From: Octopus sinensis
Lineage: Eukaryota
Direction of reading: 5' to 3'
DNA length: 64,000 bases
Assembly: GCF_006345805.1 (NCBI RefSeq)
Contig: NC_042999.1
Coordinates: forward strand, 82,212,001-82,276,000
Below, piece by piece: positions 14,991 through 28,198 of this stretch. A model generated the notes under the pieces. It did no database searches. It had not been told where the DNA came from and worked only from the letters and a program-made list of their open reading frames with translations. Position 1 is the first letter of the stretch; each line of letters begins with the position of its first letter. The position numbers were made by a program, and so were the translations under genes.

Positions 14991-15261
14991 CACCTACTGT
15001 TGATTAAAGGAGATCCCATTACTTAACTGTTACTATGCATTACTGACTCCAGATTAATGAGAGGCAAAGTTGACCTATTCGGAAGTCGAACTCAGCTGGT
15101 AAAGGTCGGCATGAGACGCCAACAAATGATTCCTCGAATTGTTTACCACGTCAGGATAGATTGATATTTGTGTTCAGAGATGGTGAGTGGGTTGTGGGTA
15201 TTCATCTTTTTAGTGTGCGCCTTGACCAACACAAATGTGCCCACGCATATGCGTAAAATCC

Positions 15262-15473
15262 TTTTCTACTATAGGCACAAGGCCTGAAATTTGGTGGAAA
15301 GGGACTACTCGATTACATTGACCCCATTGTTTCACTAGTACTGAATTTATCGACCCCGAAAGGATGGAAGGCAAAGTCGACCTCAGTGAAATCTGAACTC
15401 AGAACGTAGCGACGGGTGAAATACCGCTGAGTATTTCGTCCAGCGTGTTAAAGATTCTGCCAGCTCGCTGCCT
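15262..15473 (-). mobile_element. SINE family B, monomeric
   Basis: Head AGGCAGCGAGCTGGCAGAATC and GGTCGACTTTGCCTTCCATCCTTTCGGGGTCGATAAA on the minus strand. Confidence 0.9.
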
Positions 15474-15476
15474 TTT

Positions 15477-15518
15477 TGGCTCCCAGGCAAGGAATCGAAC
15501 CCGGTCTCATGCGTGACA
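15477..15518 (-). pseudogene. 3' half of tRNA-Asp(GTC) with encoded CCA
   Basis: Minus strand TGTCACGCATGAGACCGGGTTCGATTCCTTGCCTGGGAG-CCA, compared with canonical metazoan tRNA-Asp TGTCACGCGGGAGACCGGGGTTCGATTCCCCG.CGGGGAG. Confidence 0.7.
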
Positions 15519-17148
15519 TGAAACACGTAAAATCAAATGGTTATATACGTACATTCGCGTGCGCACAGATATCTTCGATTAGGCTATGAGCAACTTACTC
15601 GTGAATTAGAGAGCAAAATGATACTTATGTCCAAACTCTGTAAAAAAAAGGGAAAAAATTCTCCACGGAATAGGCGCAGTTATATCTATGTTTGTAAATC
15701 GTTGTAGGCGTGGATCTGTGGTAAGAATCTTACTTCTCAACCAAGTTTTAGGTTTAAAAATAAATCCTGGGATTCATTTGTTGAACTAAAATCTTTCAAA
15801 TCAGTGCATTAGCATGGCCACAGTAAAATGATTGAACCAAGTATAAGATAAAAGAGAAAAGGGAAAAGATGAAAGAATACAAAAGAATGATATGCTTGAA
15901 AGCGAATCTCCCCAACCCCCCACTGGGTAACAACTCTGTTTCCTTCTCTACTATTCTATATACAGCTTCCAGTAAGACCACCACGTACAGAAATTATATT
16001 TCCTGAGAAATCCATTTCTTTCTAATTTTATGATATAATGTTCGTTTGTACAGGAAGTGAGACTTTCATTTATTTTTAATATATCCATCTGTATTTGATT
16101 TCTCCATGTGAAATGCATTAGTATGTATTTATACATACATTACATACATACATTATATATATACATAGATACATTCATACATACATACATACATACACAT
16201 GCATACATACATACATACACATGCATTTGAACGTATTAAATACATAATTTTACATTACATTATATTTTATTGTAAACATACATGTAACAGTTTGAGAGTA
16301 TCTGAAATTTTATCTCTCCGTACACACACGCACATACACACACACACATATTTAGTATCACGTGCATGCACTTTTGTTCTTTGGAATAAATAGTTGCATG
16401 CGAAAACAAACTCTACGCATATGTGAACGGTGAACGAATATTTGAATTTGTGCGTGATTAAGCATGTTCAACGATTTGTACATCTGCAAGTTTCTTTGAA
16501 ATTCGTGCCAATTTGCAAGAGAAATTAAGCGTGTTTATGATTTAGTCTGTAATTATAAATGAATGCTTTATAATGTATAATCCGCAAATGAAAGTTATAT
16601 GGTTTAAGCTTTTATCCAAGTCGAATTGATGATAACACTATGACGTGATGAGTAGGGATTTTTGTTGATTTAACTGCTTGGTCGAAACCCATTAGAGACC
16701 TGGACCCCTCATCCCTCATATCTCTTGTTTGCTTATGTCTTTCCTCATCCTTCATCCCTCATGCTTGCTTATGTCTTTCCTCTGTGTGTATTCGTGTGCA
16801 TTAAACTTACACACATATGCGATGAAGCATGGTTTACATTGTCTTTACTGCGAACGAGTCCCTGTGTATTTATACAAACGTGTATATGTAATCGTTTATG
16901 GGTGTACGGATATATGTGCTTTTGGTTTGTTTTGTTGCGTTTTTTCTTTATTTTTACACCAGTATCGCGTGCTTTTGTAATGGGAGCATGTATTCATTTG
17001 CATTGGTTTTGATCTATGGAAGACAAAATACACAACAATATTTATGTTCAGATTTGCGTAGATTCCGTGGGAATTTATGTTTGTTGTATATGTGTTTGTG
17101 TGTCTGTGTTTAATGCCAGGTTAGTTTTCTGTGTTAAGCGCATGTATG

Positions 17149-17185
<37 letters not shown>

Positions 17186-17747
17186 TATTATGTATGTATG
17201 CATTACGTATCAATGTAATATTTTGCAAGTGAGATAATAACAGATGACAATATAATTATTTGTGTATCTGTATAATATGGATTGCGTTCTGTTGCACCAC
17301 AGGCATGTATGTATTTCCATATATTCCGTGTACGATAAAAATATATAATTGTATTTGTGTGTGTATGTGCTTAAATGAGCGCGTGTACGTAAGTAGCGAT
17401 TTCTGTGTGTGTATGTGCATACTCACTTTCTCCTTTATTCTCACTTTCTTGTCTTCGTGTGTGCTGGGATTACGATTGAATTTGCATACATTAATATTCT
17501 TTGTGAGATAAAATATATAATATTATGCATTTATAAATGTGTACTTGTGTGCAGTGTGAGATTGTGTGTGTGTATACATCTGTTTTATCTACAATTTTTT
17601 CTATAATTTTTTCAGTGTTGGCAGCATCTATCGTTTTTCTATGTGTGGTAGAATATATATTTGTGTGTAATTGTACGAAAGTTTGCATATTTCTTTTAAT
17701 GTATAATTGAATGCATAATTGTAATTTGTTACTCTGATATCATAATT

Positions 17748-17786
<39 letters not shown>

Positions 17787-18053
17787 TTACATACATACAT
17801 ATTTATGTATAATGCCATATTATATCGTATTATATATTATATTATGTTATATTATACCATACTTTATGATATTTACGTATTTATTCATTGCTTTATTTAA
17901 TAACAGCTTGATTTTGGCTTGATTTGGTTACATCAGTTTTAAGTTTCGTATATACATATATTTATTTGTATATATTTTTACACACACACATAAATATATA
18001 TATTTGTGTATATATATATGTATGTATATATATACATATACATATACAAATAC

Positions 18054-18125
<72 letters not shown>

Positions 18126-18141
18126 TATTATATATATGTAA

Positions 18142-18186
18142 TTTGATTAGAGCTAACTGTATGTCTGCATGTATATATTATATATA

Positions 18187-18263
<77 letters not shown>

Positions 18264-18348
18264 TATATATATATATCTATATATATATATATAGATATAA
18301 TATATATATATATATATACATGCAGACATACAGTTAGCTCTAATCAAA
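18142..18348. repeat. Perfect 30-bp inverted repeat enclosing a (TA)n tract
   Basis: TTTGATTAGAGCTAACTGTATGTCTGCATG (18142-18171) and CATGCAGACATACAGTTAGCTCTAATCAAA (18319-18348). Confidence 0.95.
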
Positions 18349-18837
18349 AACCTGCTGTCTATGTGTGTACATGCGCATGTATTTATTTATTCAATATTCA
18401 GTTCAGTATTATCTACAGTGATATTCGTATATTTTTATTTAATGTGAACGAGATAGAAGTATGTGCGTATTTAGGAATAAATCTGTACTTGTTTGTCATC
18501 TATTCGTTCAGCACTGTCATGGCTATCTACACTTTAAATTTAGCTACATTCACAAATATGTGTAAGAAGGAAAATTAAGACACTTGACATTGTTTACTTC
18601 AGTTTGTGTCGAACCAAAGTCTTCGGTATTTTTAACAACTTAAACTCTTGCGAATAAGTTGTCAAAAGAGGCTTGTTTCACTAGGTATTTTTATACTAAA
18701 GGAAACGATCCCATAAACAATATAACATAACTATTTTAGATTTAAGCACGTTCAGAAGTACTGCATAAGGATGGAATAAGTGAACATAAATAAAAAAAAA
18801 TATTTCCTTCTCGAGTGATGCCAGTTTCATGAGTACC

Positions 18838-19485
18838 AATTTCCCGGTTTCAATGGCGTATATACTACCTACCTGGATGGGACGCCAGTCCGAATCAGGA
18901 TTACTCACTTCTTATTTCTTTATTGCCCACAAAGGGCTAAACATAGAGGGTACAAATAAGGACAGACAAAGGGATTAAGTCGATTACAACAACCCCAGTG
19001 CGTAACTGGTACTTAATTTATCGACCCCGAAAGGATGAAAAGCAAAGTCGACCTCGGCGGAATTTGAACTCAGAACGTAACGGCAGGCGAAATACATATT
19101 TCTTTACTACCCACAAGGGGCTAAACACAGGGAGGACAAACAAAGATAGACAAACGGATTAAGTCGATTATATCGACCCCAGTGCGTAACTGGTACTTAA
19201 TTTATCGACACCGAAAGGATGAAAGGCAAAGTCGACTCGGCGAAATTTGAACTCAGAACGTAGCGGCAGACAAAATACGGCTACGCATTTCGCCCGGCAT
19301 GCTAACGCTTCTGCTAGCTCGCCGTCTTTCAAAGGATTACTCATTTCTGCCGGCTAAGCGGACTGGGGCAACGTGAAATGAAGTGTTTTACTCAAGAACA
19401 GAACGCGTCGGCCGGTCCAGGCATCGAAATAACAATCCTACGATCATGAGTCCAGAACCCTAACCAGTTAGCCACGCACCTCCAC
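18838..19485 (-). mobile_element. SINE family C (host), interrupted by a family B SINE
   Basis: 3' part at 18838-18907 and head at 19333-19485; colinear with the copy at 62057-62403. Confidence 0.85.
18908..19332 (-). mobile_element. SINE family B, dimeric, nested with 11-bp TSD
   Basis: AGGATTACTCA at 18897-18907 and 19333-19343. Confidence 0.9.
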
Positions 19486-21056
19486 CATAAGTAAACATGG
19501 TCGCCTATAAATATTGAAGCATCTATCTGAAGAAAATCATTCGACCACGATAAATGTTACGCTAAAGCTTGTCAATAAAGAAGCAGCATATCATTCGTCC
19601 ACGTTACATTACTCTAAAACTTGTCAATAAAGAAAGCTAGCTCATCAGATCATCAGAACATCATAAGTACACCAATGATTCAGCTCTCAGTTGTTGGCAT
19701 AACCACGATATTCTGATGGCCTGATGAGCTAGTTTTCTTTATTAGCATTTACTTGCATTGATTCGTAATATGAATAGTATTGCATAATGCATAGAATACA
19801 CAATAATACGCACAGGTTAGTCTAATTTTATTTCATACTGAAACTATTATATGCAGAAGGTTGCAAGCGTCCGGAATCCTGAGGGTATCAAGTGGTTAAT
19901 TATGTATCATCATCTCTCATATTTTCTGACTTTTTATAGTTTATGTACTCCTCATGAATAATTTCATTAATCGGTCCTTCTGGATTTCAGCTGCGTGGAG
20001 ACTCTATGTACTTTGGTAGCCGTGTCCGTTAGAGGAGCTTTCTGTGACAGCCACACAACTCCTTGAATCTTTTACTGCAAATAAGTGTGTGTGTCTGTGT
20101 GTCTATCTATCTGTCTGTGCGCGTGTGAGTATGTTTATGTATGCTTATATATCCCAGGTTTATTAGGGATGGCTTTAAACCAGTGATAATCAAAAGAAGT
20201 AGAACTAGTCAACGTCTGCATATTTTCCACACTGAACAAGTTCGTAAAAATACTGAAACCATGTTAGCAAATATGCTATTTTTCACAATTAAAAATATAA
20301 GATAAATACATAAATACGTTATCACTCCACTACATCCGATTTATCCTTCAAGTGAGTGTAACTTTTCACGCAAATTATTTTATTTTACATGTATTAAATG
20401 TTTTGCGTTGGGAAAATATATTTTCCTGCATGGCAACAAAGGAAGGGTAAAACATTCAGTGAAAAGTTTAACGTAGACGTAAATGTGTTGTTATATTTGT
20501 AAAGTGACTGCAGTTGCTATTCTGTTGCTGCTAATTCTTGGGTGGTTTTATACTTCAATCAAAAACATAGTTTTTACGCCTACTTTTCACTTCGTCACAT
20601 TGCTTAATCATAAGGATCCTGCCTTTACTGTTATATTTTTCGATTTATTGTATTCTCTTTTCAGTCTTACATACATTTTCCTATTTTCCGTTAGTTTTAA
20701 TTCTTTTTATACATTTTAATTTCATATGAGAAATTCTAAGTCATTTCCTTTCGTACTTCACACACACACAAAATAAACAAACAAACATACACACACATGC
20801 ACAGTCACTCGCACACACATACATACATATATACACTCACATATATGTTTGTTTACAAACGTGTATACATACATATATATGTAGATATATAGATACATAA
20901 TACACATACATATATATATACATACATATACACATACACACATATAGACCCTCACAAATATGTATGCTTACCTACGTATATACATATATGTATATATGTA
21001 TATAATATAAATACTTACATACATAGATTTATACACACATATATATATACATATAT

Positions 21057-21120
<64 letters not shown>

Positions 21121-21812
21121 TAGATAGATAGATAGATAGATAAAGACATACATAAATACACATGTGTATATCTATATATACATAAATACATATGCATATA
21201 CAAACGCACACACATATGTATGTGCGTATGTGTGTGTGTCCGTGTGCGTGTGCAAGTGTGTATTGACTTGCCTATAGGTTGTCTTATATTCGGTTAAATT
21301 TTGCATTCAAATATTTTTTTTATTGAAAATCAATTGAAAGGAATAATGAAGAATATGTGATTTTGCTTCATTTCTTATATATTTAAAGGCAGTTTTGTAG
21401 AAAAAAATATTTCATGATCATTGAGAGTTACGAGTAATACATGCAGATGAAATATAAAAACAAAAAGTGAACTTATAGAGAAAGCAAAACAAATGGAAAC
21501 AAAAGACACATAAAAGAGATAAAGAAAATCACTAGGGACAATATATTCCTACAAATATTTCTCATAGTTAGTTACATACTTTAACATGGTCATGGAAACG
21601 CTCACAGAAACATTTAACCAACTATTCACGCACTCGAAAATCACGCATATAAGTGTGTGTATGTGTGTGTATGTATTTATATAAAAGTAATTATAGAATA
21701 TATATACATAAATACACGAACAAAATGTAGCTAACATGCGTATATGTATGTGCGTGTACGTGTGTATACGTGTGTGTATGTATATATGCTTCCACATACC
21801 AACTCTCTCACC

Positions 21813-21875
<63 letters not shown>

Positions 21876-22254
21876 TATGTGTGTGTATGTATATGTAGGT
21901 GTAGGTCTATCAATATCTATACGATTATGTACCTATACTCTTTAAGATTTCTTTTAAGTTTTCCCCTATGCACAATTAAAGGTAGTCACTAACAAAAACG
22001 CTCTTTTGTTTAATTTGACACAGTTCGTTAGGTCTTTATTCACCTTTATCGGTTTTTGTATTCGTAAATAGGTTTCTGGTGTATGTATGTGTACATGCAT
22101 GGACATAGCTGCACACGTGTGTTTTTGTCACAATAGTTGAAAAATTTGCAGACAAGCACACACAAGGAGACAGATGTACACACACACACACACACACACA
22201 TGTAAATACACACACACATAAAACACATAAACACGAAAACACAAACACAAACAC

Positions 22255-22460
22255 GCCACCAGTGTAATCCAAGGGAAAGGCAACAGCAGATACATATTGG
22301 CACCTGTGACGTCACAACTCATTTGTACAGCTGAGTGAACTGGAGCAACGTGAAATATAGTCTTGCTCAAGAACACAACACACAGCCCGGTCCGGGATTA
22401 ACTCACAACCTCACGATCGTAACCTCGACGCTCAAACCACGGAGTCATGCGACTTCACAC
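22255..22460 (-). mobile_element. SINE family C
   Basis: Matches 46807-47145 (GACGTCAC..., CTCAAGAACACAACAC.CAGCCCGGTCCGGG, ACGATC). Confidence 0.85.
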
Positions 22461-22474
22461 ACACACACATATAT

Positions 22475-22514
<40 letters not shown>

Positions 22515-22651
22515 ATATATATCACCGTGATCACCGTGACTGACCAGGCTATCAGATGTTGCTACACATCGCTGGTCACAATGCGCTTCGCATTGTTTTA
22601 ACCTTCAAATGACGCCACCCCGCTGGCTAAGCGAGCAGGCCAATATATATA

Positions 22652-23155
22652 TATATGCAAAGCAAAATGGAGGAAAATAACAGTAAGAAGTTGGTCTTTT
22701 GCGCTAGTAACCCATTAATTTAATTAATTAATAAAGAAAAGTGGTAGTAATAGTACATTTACGATCGTTTCTGTTTACCAGTTGTGGTGGTAGGTATCAT
22801 CAGAATGCATAGTCATATGTAGAGGTAAGAAGATCGAAAGACATAGGGATACATTGGTAACGAGAATATAGACAAAGAATGCTGGGTTTCATATTATAGT
22901 TGATTTTTTAGTTGATAATTCTGCTGCGAAGTGGATGTATCAGCTAAGAAACCTGCTATAATGTAAGACTCACCATTCTTTGTCTTTTTTCTCGTTACCA
23001 CTGTACCCTTATGTCTTTCGCTCTTCTTACCTCTACATATAACTCTGTATTCAAATGATGTCTACCACTACAACTGGTAAACAGAAACGATCGTAAATGT
23101 ACTATTACTACCAAAGTCTTCCTGTTATTTTTCCTTCATTTTCTTCTTGCATATA
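22652..23155. mobile_element. ~500-bp fold-back element with long imperfect TIRs
   Basis: TGGTAGTAATAGTACATTTACGATCGTTTCTGTTTACCAGTTG (22742) pairs with 23071-23113. Outer arms TATATGCAA...AAATAACAG also pair. The left arm has ~50 extra bp. Confidence 0.85.
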
Positions 23156-23404
23156 ATTTAAACTATGGTTTACCTGCTAAATTACCTGCTAACGTATACC
23201 TTCTACAAAGGACTGTACATATGCAGGTAATCACCAGGAGCGCCTTTGGTTTTGAACATCCCTTAGAGTTTTTAAATACCTTTAACTTATACATACATAT
23301 ATATATATATATATATAGTGTAATAAATAAGATATATGCATACATACATATATGTACGTACCTACATCTACATGTATATATACATGCATATATAAATATA
23401 TATA

Positions 23405-24600
23405 CGTGAGTACAGGACACCACAACTAGACGTAGAACTCAAGGAGAAACGAAAACGGAAAAACAAGCATGAAACAAACCAGAAAAACAGAGTACAAGAC
23501 AAACTACACAAGGAAAAATCCCCTTCATCAGCTGTCCCTAGTTCAACTCTAGCGTGTTTCGAAGGTAGGATAGAACACGACTCGTCAAACTAGCCCTTCC
23601 TGCAAGAGAATTAAAATAAAATTACTTCGAAGAGGGGTGAAAACAAAGAAAGAAAAAGAATGTAACACAAACAGGACGTAAAAACGATACAAATAAAAAT
23701 ACAAAATAAAATACAAGATAAAAATACATGTACAAGAAAATACAATACGAGAAATAAAAACTAAACAAGAAAATAAACGAAAAGGCCTTTTTCTGGCTTA
23801 GACGGAGAAGATACTGGCGAGCGCAAGGGAAAAAAAGTGTGTTTACAGTTTGGAGGCCGCATGTAAAAAGGAAGTAGTTTTGGCTGGCAGTATGCGTGAG
23901 TTAGAGCTTGGAAAACCAACCAACTAAGGGGCAGAATCTATCCAATGTACTGCTGGTAGTGTGCCCAATTATTCACATACAAGTGCAGGTTATTGCGTGG
24001 CAATCTCGCAATTGAGTGTTATATATGGGTAGGAGTAAAAAGTCGTTTACCCTTAATTCATACGACAAATAAGTTCCTATATGTAATTGCTCAATCCCGT
24101 TGAATTTCTCCTATTTCTGTTTCTAAAGATATACCCATGGTTGGTGATTAGGTCTATGCGCATATTAGGAATGTTCTACATAAATCTAGTCTCTATACTA
24201 GGGCTGCTAAGGACCCCTCTCTTATGAACCTTTTGAAAATACACGCTGGACTACTTCATCATATATACTAGCGCTTAGTAATTGAAATGCACCCTAGAAA
24301 TGAGAAGGGTAATACTAATATACCACACTATCCACTAGCTTAAATTATAAATATAAACCATTATGTACAATCGAATAACTGAGTGTAATATAATGTAATT
24401 TACAATAGCTAAACTACCTAATCCATCGTAATCCATACATACCTACATCCCATAATAGACACCTTTATCCAAACACAAATACCTCCAATTTCCATCTGAA
24501 TACTATCCAAAAACAGAATTAATTAATAAATAAACTATTTAAATAATTAATTAAATATATAAATAAATAAATTGATTAATTAAGTAATTAGCTAGAAAAA
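23405..24600 (-). mobile_element. Unclassified repeat with PLE-tail-like end and hammerhead-like core fragments
   Basis: Minus strand has TTGACGA...CCTTCGAAACACG and CTGATGAAGGGG within 23515-23595 and abuts a TA tract. The extent is uncertain. Confidence 0.35.
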
Positions 24601-24638
24601 CACGGGTTACCCCCTTTAACTGTACACAGAATTATCTG

Positions 24639-24682
<44 letters not shown>

Positions 24683-24685
24683 ATG

Positions 24686-24890
24686 AAGTTAATCCAAACA
24701 TGAAAGCACAAAAACACAACAACGCGAGGACGAGGAACAAATATAGTATTATTGAACGCTCAGGAAAGAAGGAAAGAAGGAGGGTTTAACATTTCGGGCG
24801 GAGCTCTTCGTCGGAAACATAGGAGAAGGAAAGATCCAGAGAAAGGAAGACAGAGGAAAAAATCGCCAACGGTACACACGCAGTCAACGA
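24686..24890 (-). mobile_element. PLE-tail-like short repeat with degenerate minimal hammerhead
   Basis: Minus strand GTTT-CCGACGA-A-GAGC-TCC-GCCC-GAAA-T-GTT-AAAC (24784-24818); same architecture as 47853-48015 and 61005-61158. Confidence 0.65.
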
Positions 24891-25250
24891 GCAAAAGTCC
24901 CCCATCCCACCCCGTCCAATGGACGGTGCTGAGTTGTCAAACATTTATATCAAATTTTATCAAAACAACTTATCCGACCGTTCCATAGGCCTCCCTTTTC
25001 GGCCAGACTGATTTAACCTAAATTTGAGACACCAGCAAAAGAAGAAATAAAGATAGGTTTTATCGATGATAAAGATAGGTTTTTATCTCACCTGGAATCG
25101 ATTTTTGTAATTTTTCAAGACTTATACACCCCCTAATACTGTTGGTATCTACATATCAAATTTGAGCGTAATGGGATGGAGGATGCCCGAGATCCTAGAA
25201 GACACACACACAGACACACAGAACGGATTTTATATAATATATATATATAT
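24890..25250 (+). mobile_element. Possible non-autonomous Helitron-like element (3' end resembles insect Lep1-type)
   Basis: CAAATTTGAGCGTAATGGGATGGAGGATGCCCGAGATCCTAGAAGACACACACACAGACACACAG..TTTTATATAATATA end structure; similarity recalled from memory. Confidence 0.4.
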
Positions 25251-26379
25251 ATATCCATGTAAACATTTTCTTCAAACTAGCCCTTTTCAATAAAAACACA
25301 TAATCTAATAATTTAATACTATAAAACAGTACCACTCATTTAATACTTTATATCTAATAATCTAATATTCTATATTTTACTAACATAAGATTTAGCACTG
25401 AATAACTATAACTTAAGAAAACAAATAACCGCTATTCGTCCAGTCCGGTCCACTTTTGTCTCTATTCACGAAATCCTTCCACTTCTGCCTTCCGACAACA
25501 ATTAATCCCCTGTCGAGCTCCTATACTACATTTAACCTTATACGGTAAATTCTCCTGATAGATAGATATATTTTTATATTTTTATATGTTTATAAGTTTA
25601 TACTCTTTTATTTTTCTTAGTCCTATTGTTTTAGTTATCGCACTTACTTAATTATTTACTTGGTTTTAATTTTATTTTGCTCATTTATTTGCCCATAATG
25701 GCCATGGTTTATTTATTTATTTATTTGATTTGTTTTGTTTTATCGGTTAACCATCAACGAACCGTAACCACGCCATGGTTTTCAAAATAATAGCTGACCA
25801 ATGTAGGATTGATCATGACCCCACCCCACTACACACAGGAATACCGAGACTTGTTGATCGGCAAAAAATAACGAATACTAACACCGCACTTTGGTCCCAC
25901 CTGGTTCCTTACTCTCATTAGTACACTCATATTCCAAATTTTCCCATGATGGGCTCACCATCATAGGCTGTTTATATCATAACATACGCAACGTTGCACC
26001 TTCCAGCTGGTACTTTACATATGAACTTTCACCTCCATAACACGAACCATACCTTCAAATCCACCCCTGTATTTCTATGTAAACATTAAGCGAACTACTG
26101 CCTAACTTCACCCTTCCTGAAAAACTATTCCTGGGAACAACTATATTCACCTATCCACAATTGGACGAAATGACATGGATCTTGGAATACATCACGGGAA
26201 GTCAGTAGCTTATTACCCTTCCTATTTTTTTCTCTCTCTAGTTCCAGCTCAGAGCTGCGGCCATGCTGATGCACCGCCTATACCCGAATGATTTTAATAA
26301 CTTGTGCTTCACTAAAAGCGTACATTATTCGACTTAGTAGATTAATACATAGATAGATAAATAAAGAGATCAAGCTGTC

Positions 26380-27380
26380 TATATTTCTAAATCATCAGCT
26401 ATATATAGGCATACGTGTGCACACGCACATACTCACACATACATACATACACACACATACACGCACATATGTAATGCGACGTAAAGTTATATCGCATGAT
26501 ATGTAGCCAATATATAGATTAAGAGAATAGTGCAAAGGGAAACCATATTACATTCCGTTTTTTTCCCATCGCTAGTCTCTATACTTAGAAACATCCCAGA
26601 ATACATATAGGAAAAGCAGGGGAGTTCCTTCATAGATTTTTAAGTTACGTCTTCTTACAAGTAATTTATAGCAATAATATCGCTTATGTAATAGGAAAAC
26701 TCTTATATTACGAACTCTTCAAAGACGGCGCAACACTCATAACTAACTTTCATGGTCTATAAAGGGTCTTTGATTGAGTTATAATATTAACAGCTATAAC
26801 TAATGATCATTACGCTGTCGGAAGTCCATTATAGTTTCTAGAGGCTGTTTATGTGTGTTATGCATTCTTTGAAGATTTGTCAATATAACTTGCTCATGAT
26901 TTTGTGCATACATATCATTGTTAATGAAATACTTCTAATGTGACGCAACTAGATAATTAATCATATATATATACACACACACACACATATATATATATGT
27001 CTGTGTGTGTGTGTGTGTGTGTGTGTTATATGTACACACTTTTATTCATCTCAGGCCGCGGTCATGCTGGACTTTTAACTGGTCACTGTGATTTTGCACT
27101 CCGTACGATTGTTCTTTGACTGAGTTCTTCAGGGTGATAGAATATCATGTCACTACTCCCGTAACTAAAGAGAGATCAAGCTGTCTATATTTCTAAATCG
27201 TTAGCAGTGTATAGGCATACGCGCTCACACGCACACACTCACACACACACACACACAAACATACACACACACACACAGATACACACACATGCACACACAG
27301 ATATGTAATGCGACTTAAAGCTATATCGCATGATGTACTGAATATAAAGATTAAGAGAATAGTGCGAAGTGAAATCATAT
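26380..27380 (+). repeat. Two diverged ~190-bp direct repeats (about 26380-26550 and 27170-27380), each with an internal (CA)n
   Basis: AAAGAGATCAAGCTGTCTATATTTCTAAATC...ATATGTAATGCGAC.TAAAG.TATATCGCATGAT...GATTAAGAGAATAGTGC in both. Confidence 0.85.
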
Positions 27381-27397
27381 CTCTCTCTCTGTATTAC

Positions 27398-27548
27398 GTC
27401 ACCGTAAACAAGCGGTTCGGCAAAAGAGATCGACAGAATTAGTTCTAGACTTCAAAGAGGGTCGATTTGTTCGACTATAGACTCTTCAAGGCGGTGCTCC
27501 AGCATGGCCGCAGTCAAATGATCGAAACGAGTAAAAGAATAAAAGAAC
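27398..27548 (+). mobile_element. SINE family A, 3' portion
   Basis: GGCGGTGCTCCAGCATGGCCGCAGTCAAATGA tail. Confidence 0.85.
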
Positions 27549-27563
27549 ACACGCACACACACA

Positions 27564-27606
<43 letters not shown>

Positions 27607-27699
27607 TATGTATAAAGGATTGTGGGTAAGGCCAAAACAATGCGAAGTAAAGCCAGGTAAATCACAAAAAAGCAAATATGTGAATTAATTTAGACTTAC

Positions 27700-28198
27700 C
27701 TTGTATTCAATATTTCGGGGTTATGACCCCATTTTCAAGATATAGACGAATGTTGCCCATGTGCGTATGTATGAGTGTAAATGGAGTGGACAAGCGCGTA
27801 AAGGTGTTGCTTCGCAACCAGCTGGCTTTCTGTAACTCTCTTCTGTCGCTGATCTTGGGTTTCTTTTGGTGTATGAGGATGGCCTCAGTAATTCTAAGGT
27901 TGTCCCTGTTCCACTGTGTTGCCTTGGTGTGCACTGTGCATTCCCGAGTCTGGCATTTGCGCAGGTGTTTCTTCACGGAAGTGTTTGCCTTCATGTGTTC
28001 CTTAATGCGTACATGCGGTTTTCTTGTCGTGCTTCCTATGTAGGATGAGCTACATTTGCCACAGATGATCTCGTATACAACATAGGTCCTCTGGCACAAT
28101 TCAGGGTCATTGATGGAGCAGATCAACAATGTGCACTCCTCGGAGCAGTGAAGAGTATTGTTCTTGGGCAGAGCTTTTCTCAGGGAAGTGCCGCTGTG
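27700..28198 (-). mobile_element. Penelope-like element 3' end: GIY-YIG endonuclease remnant plus tail
   Basis: VVYEIICGKCSSSYIGSTTRKPHVRIKEH...LRITEAILIHQKKPKISDRRE has GIY-YIG motifs with CxxC, the catalytic R and E, and a PLE-type C-terminus. Confidence 0.9.

Noticed and set aside
18603-18683. Plus-strand segment with good AG and GT boundaries
   Set aside because: All three frames contain stops.
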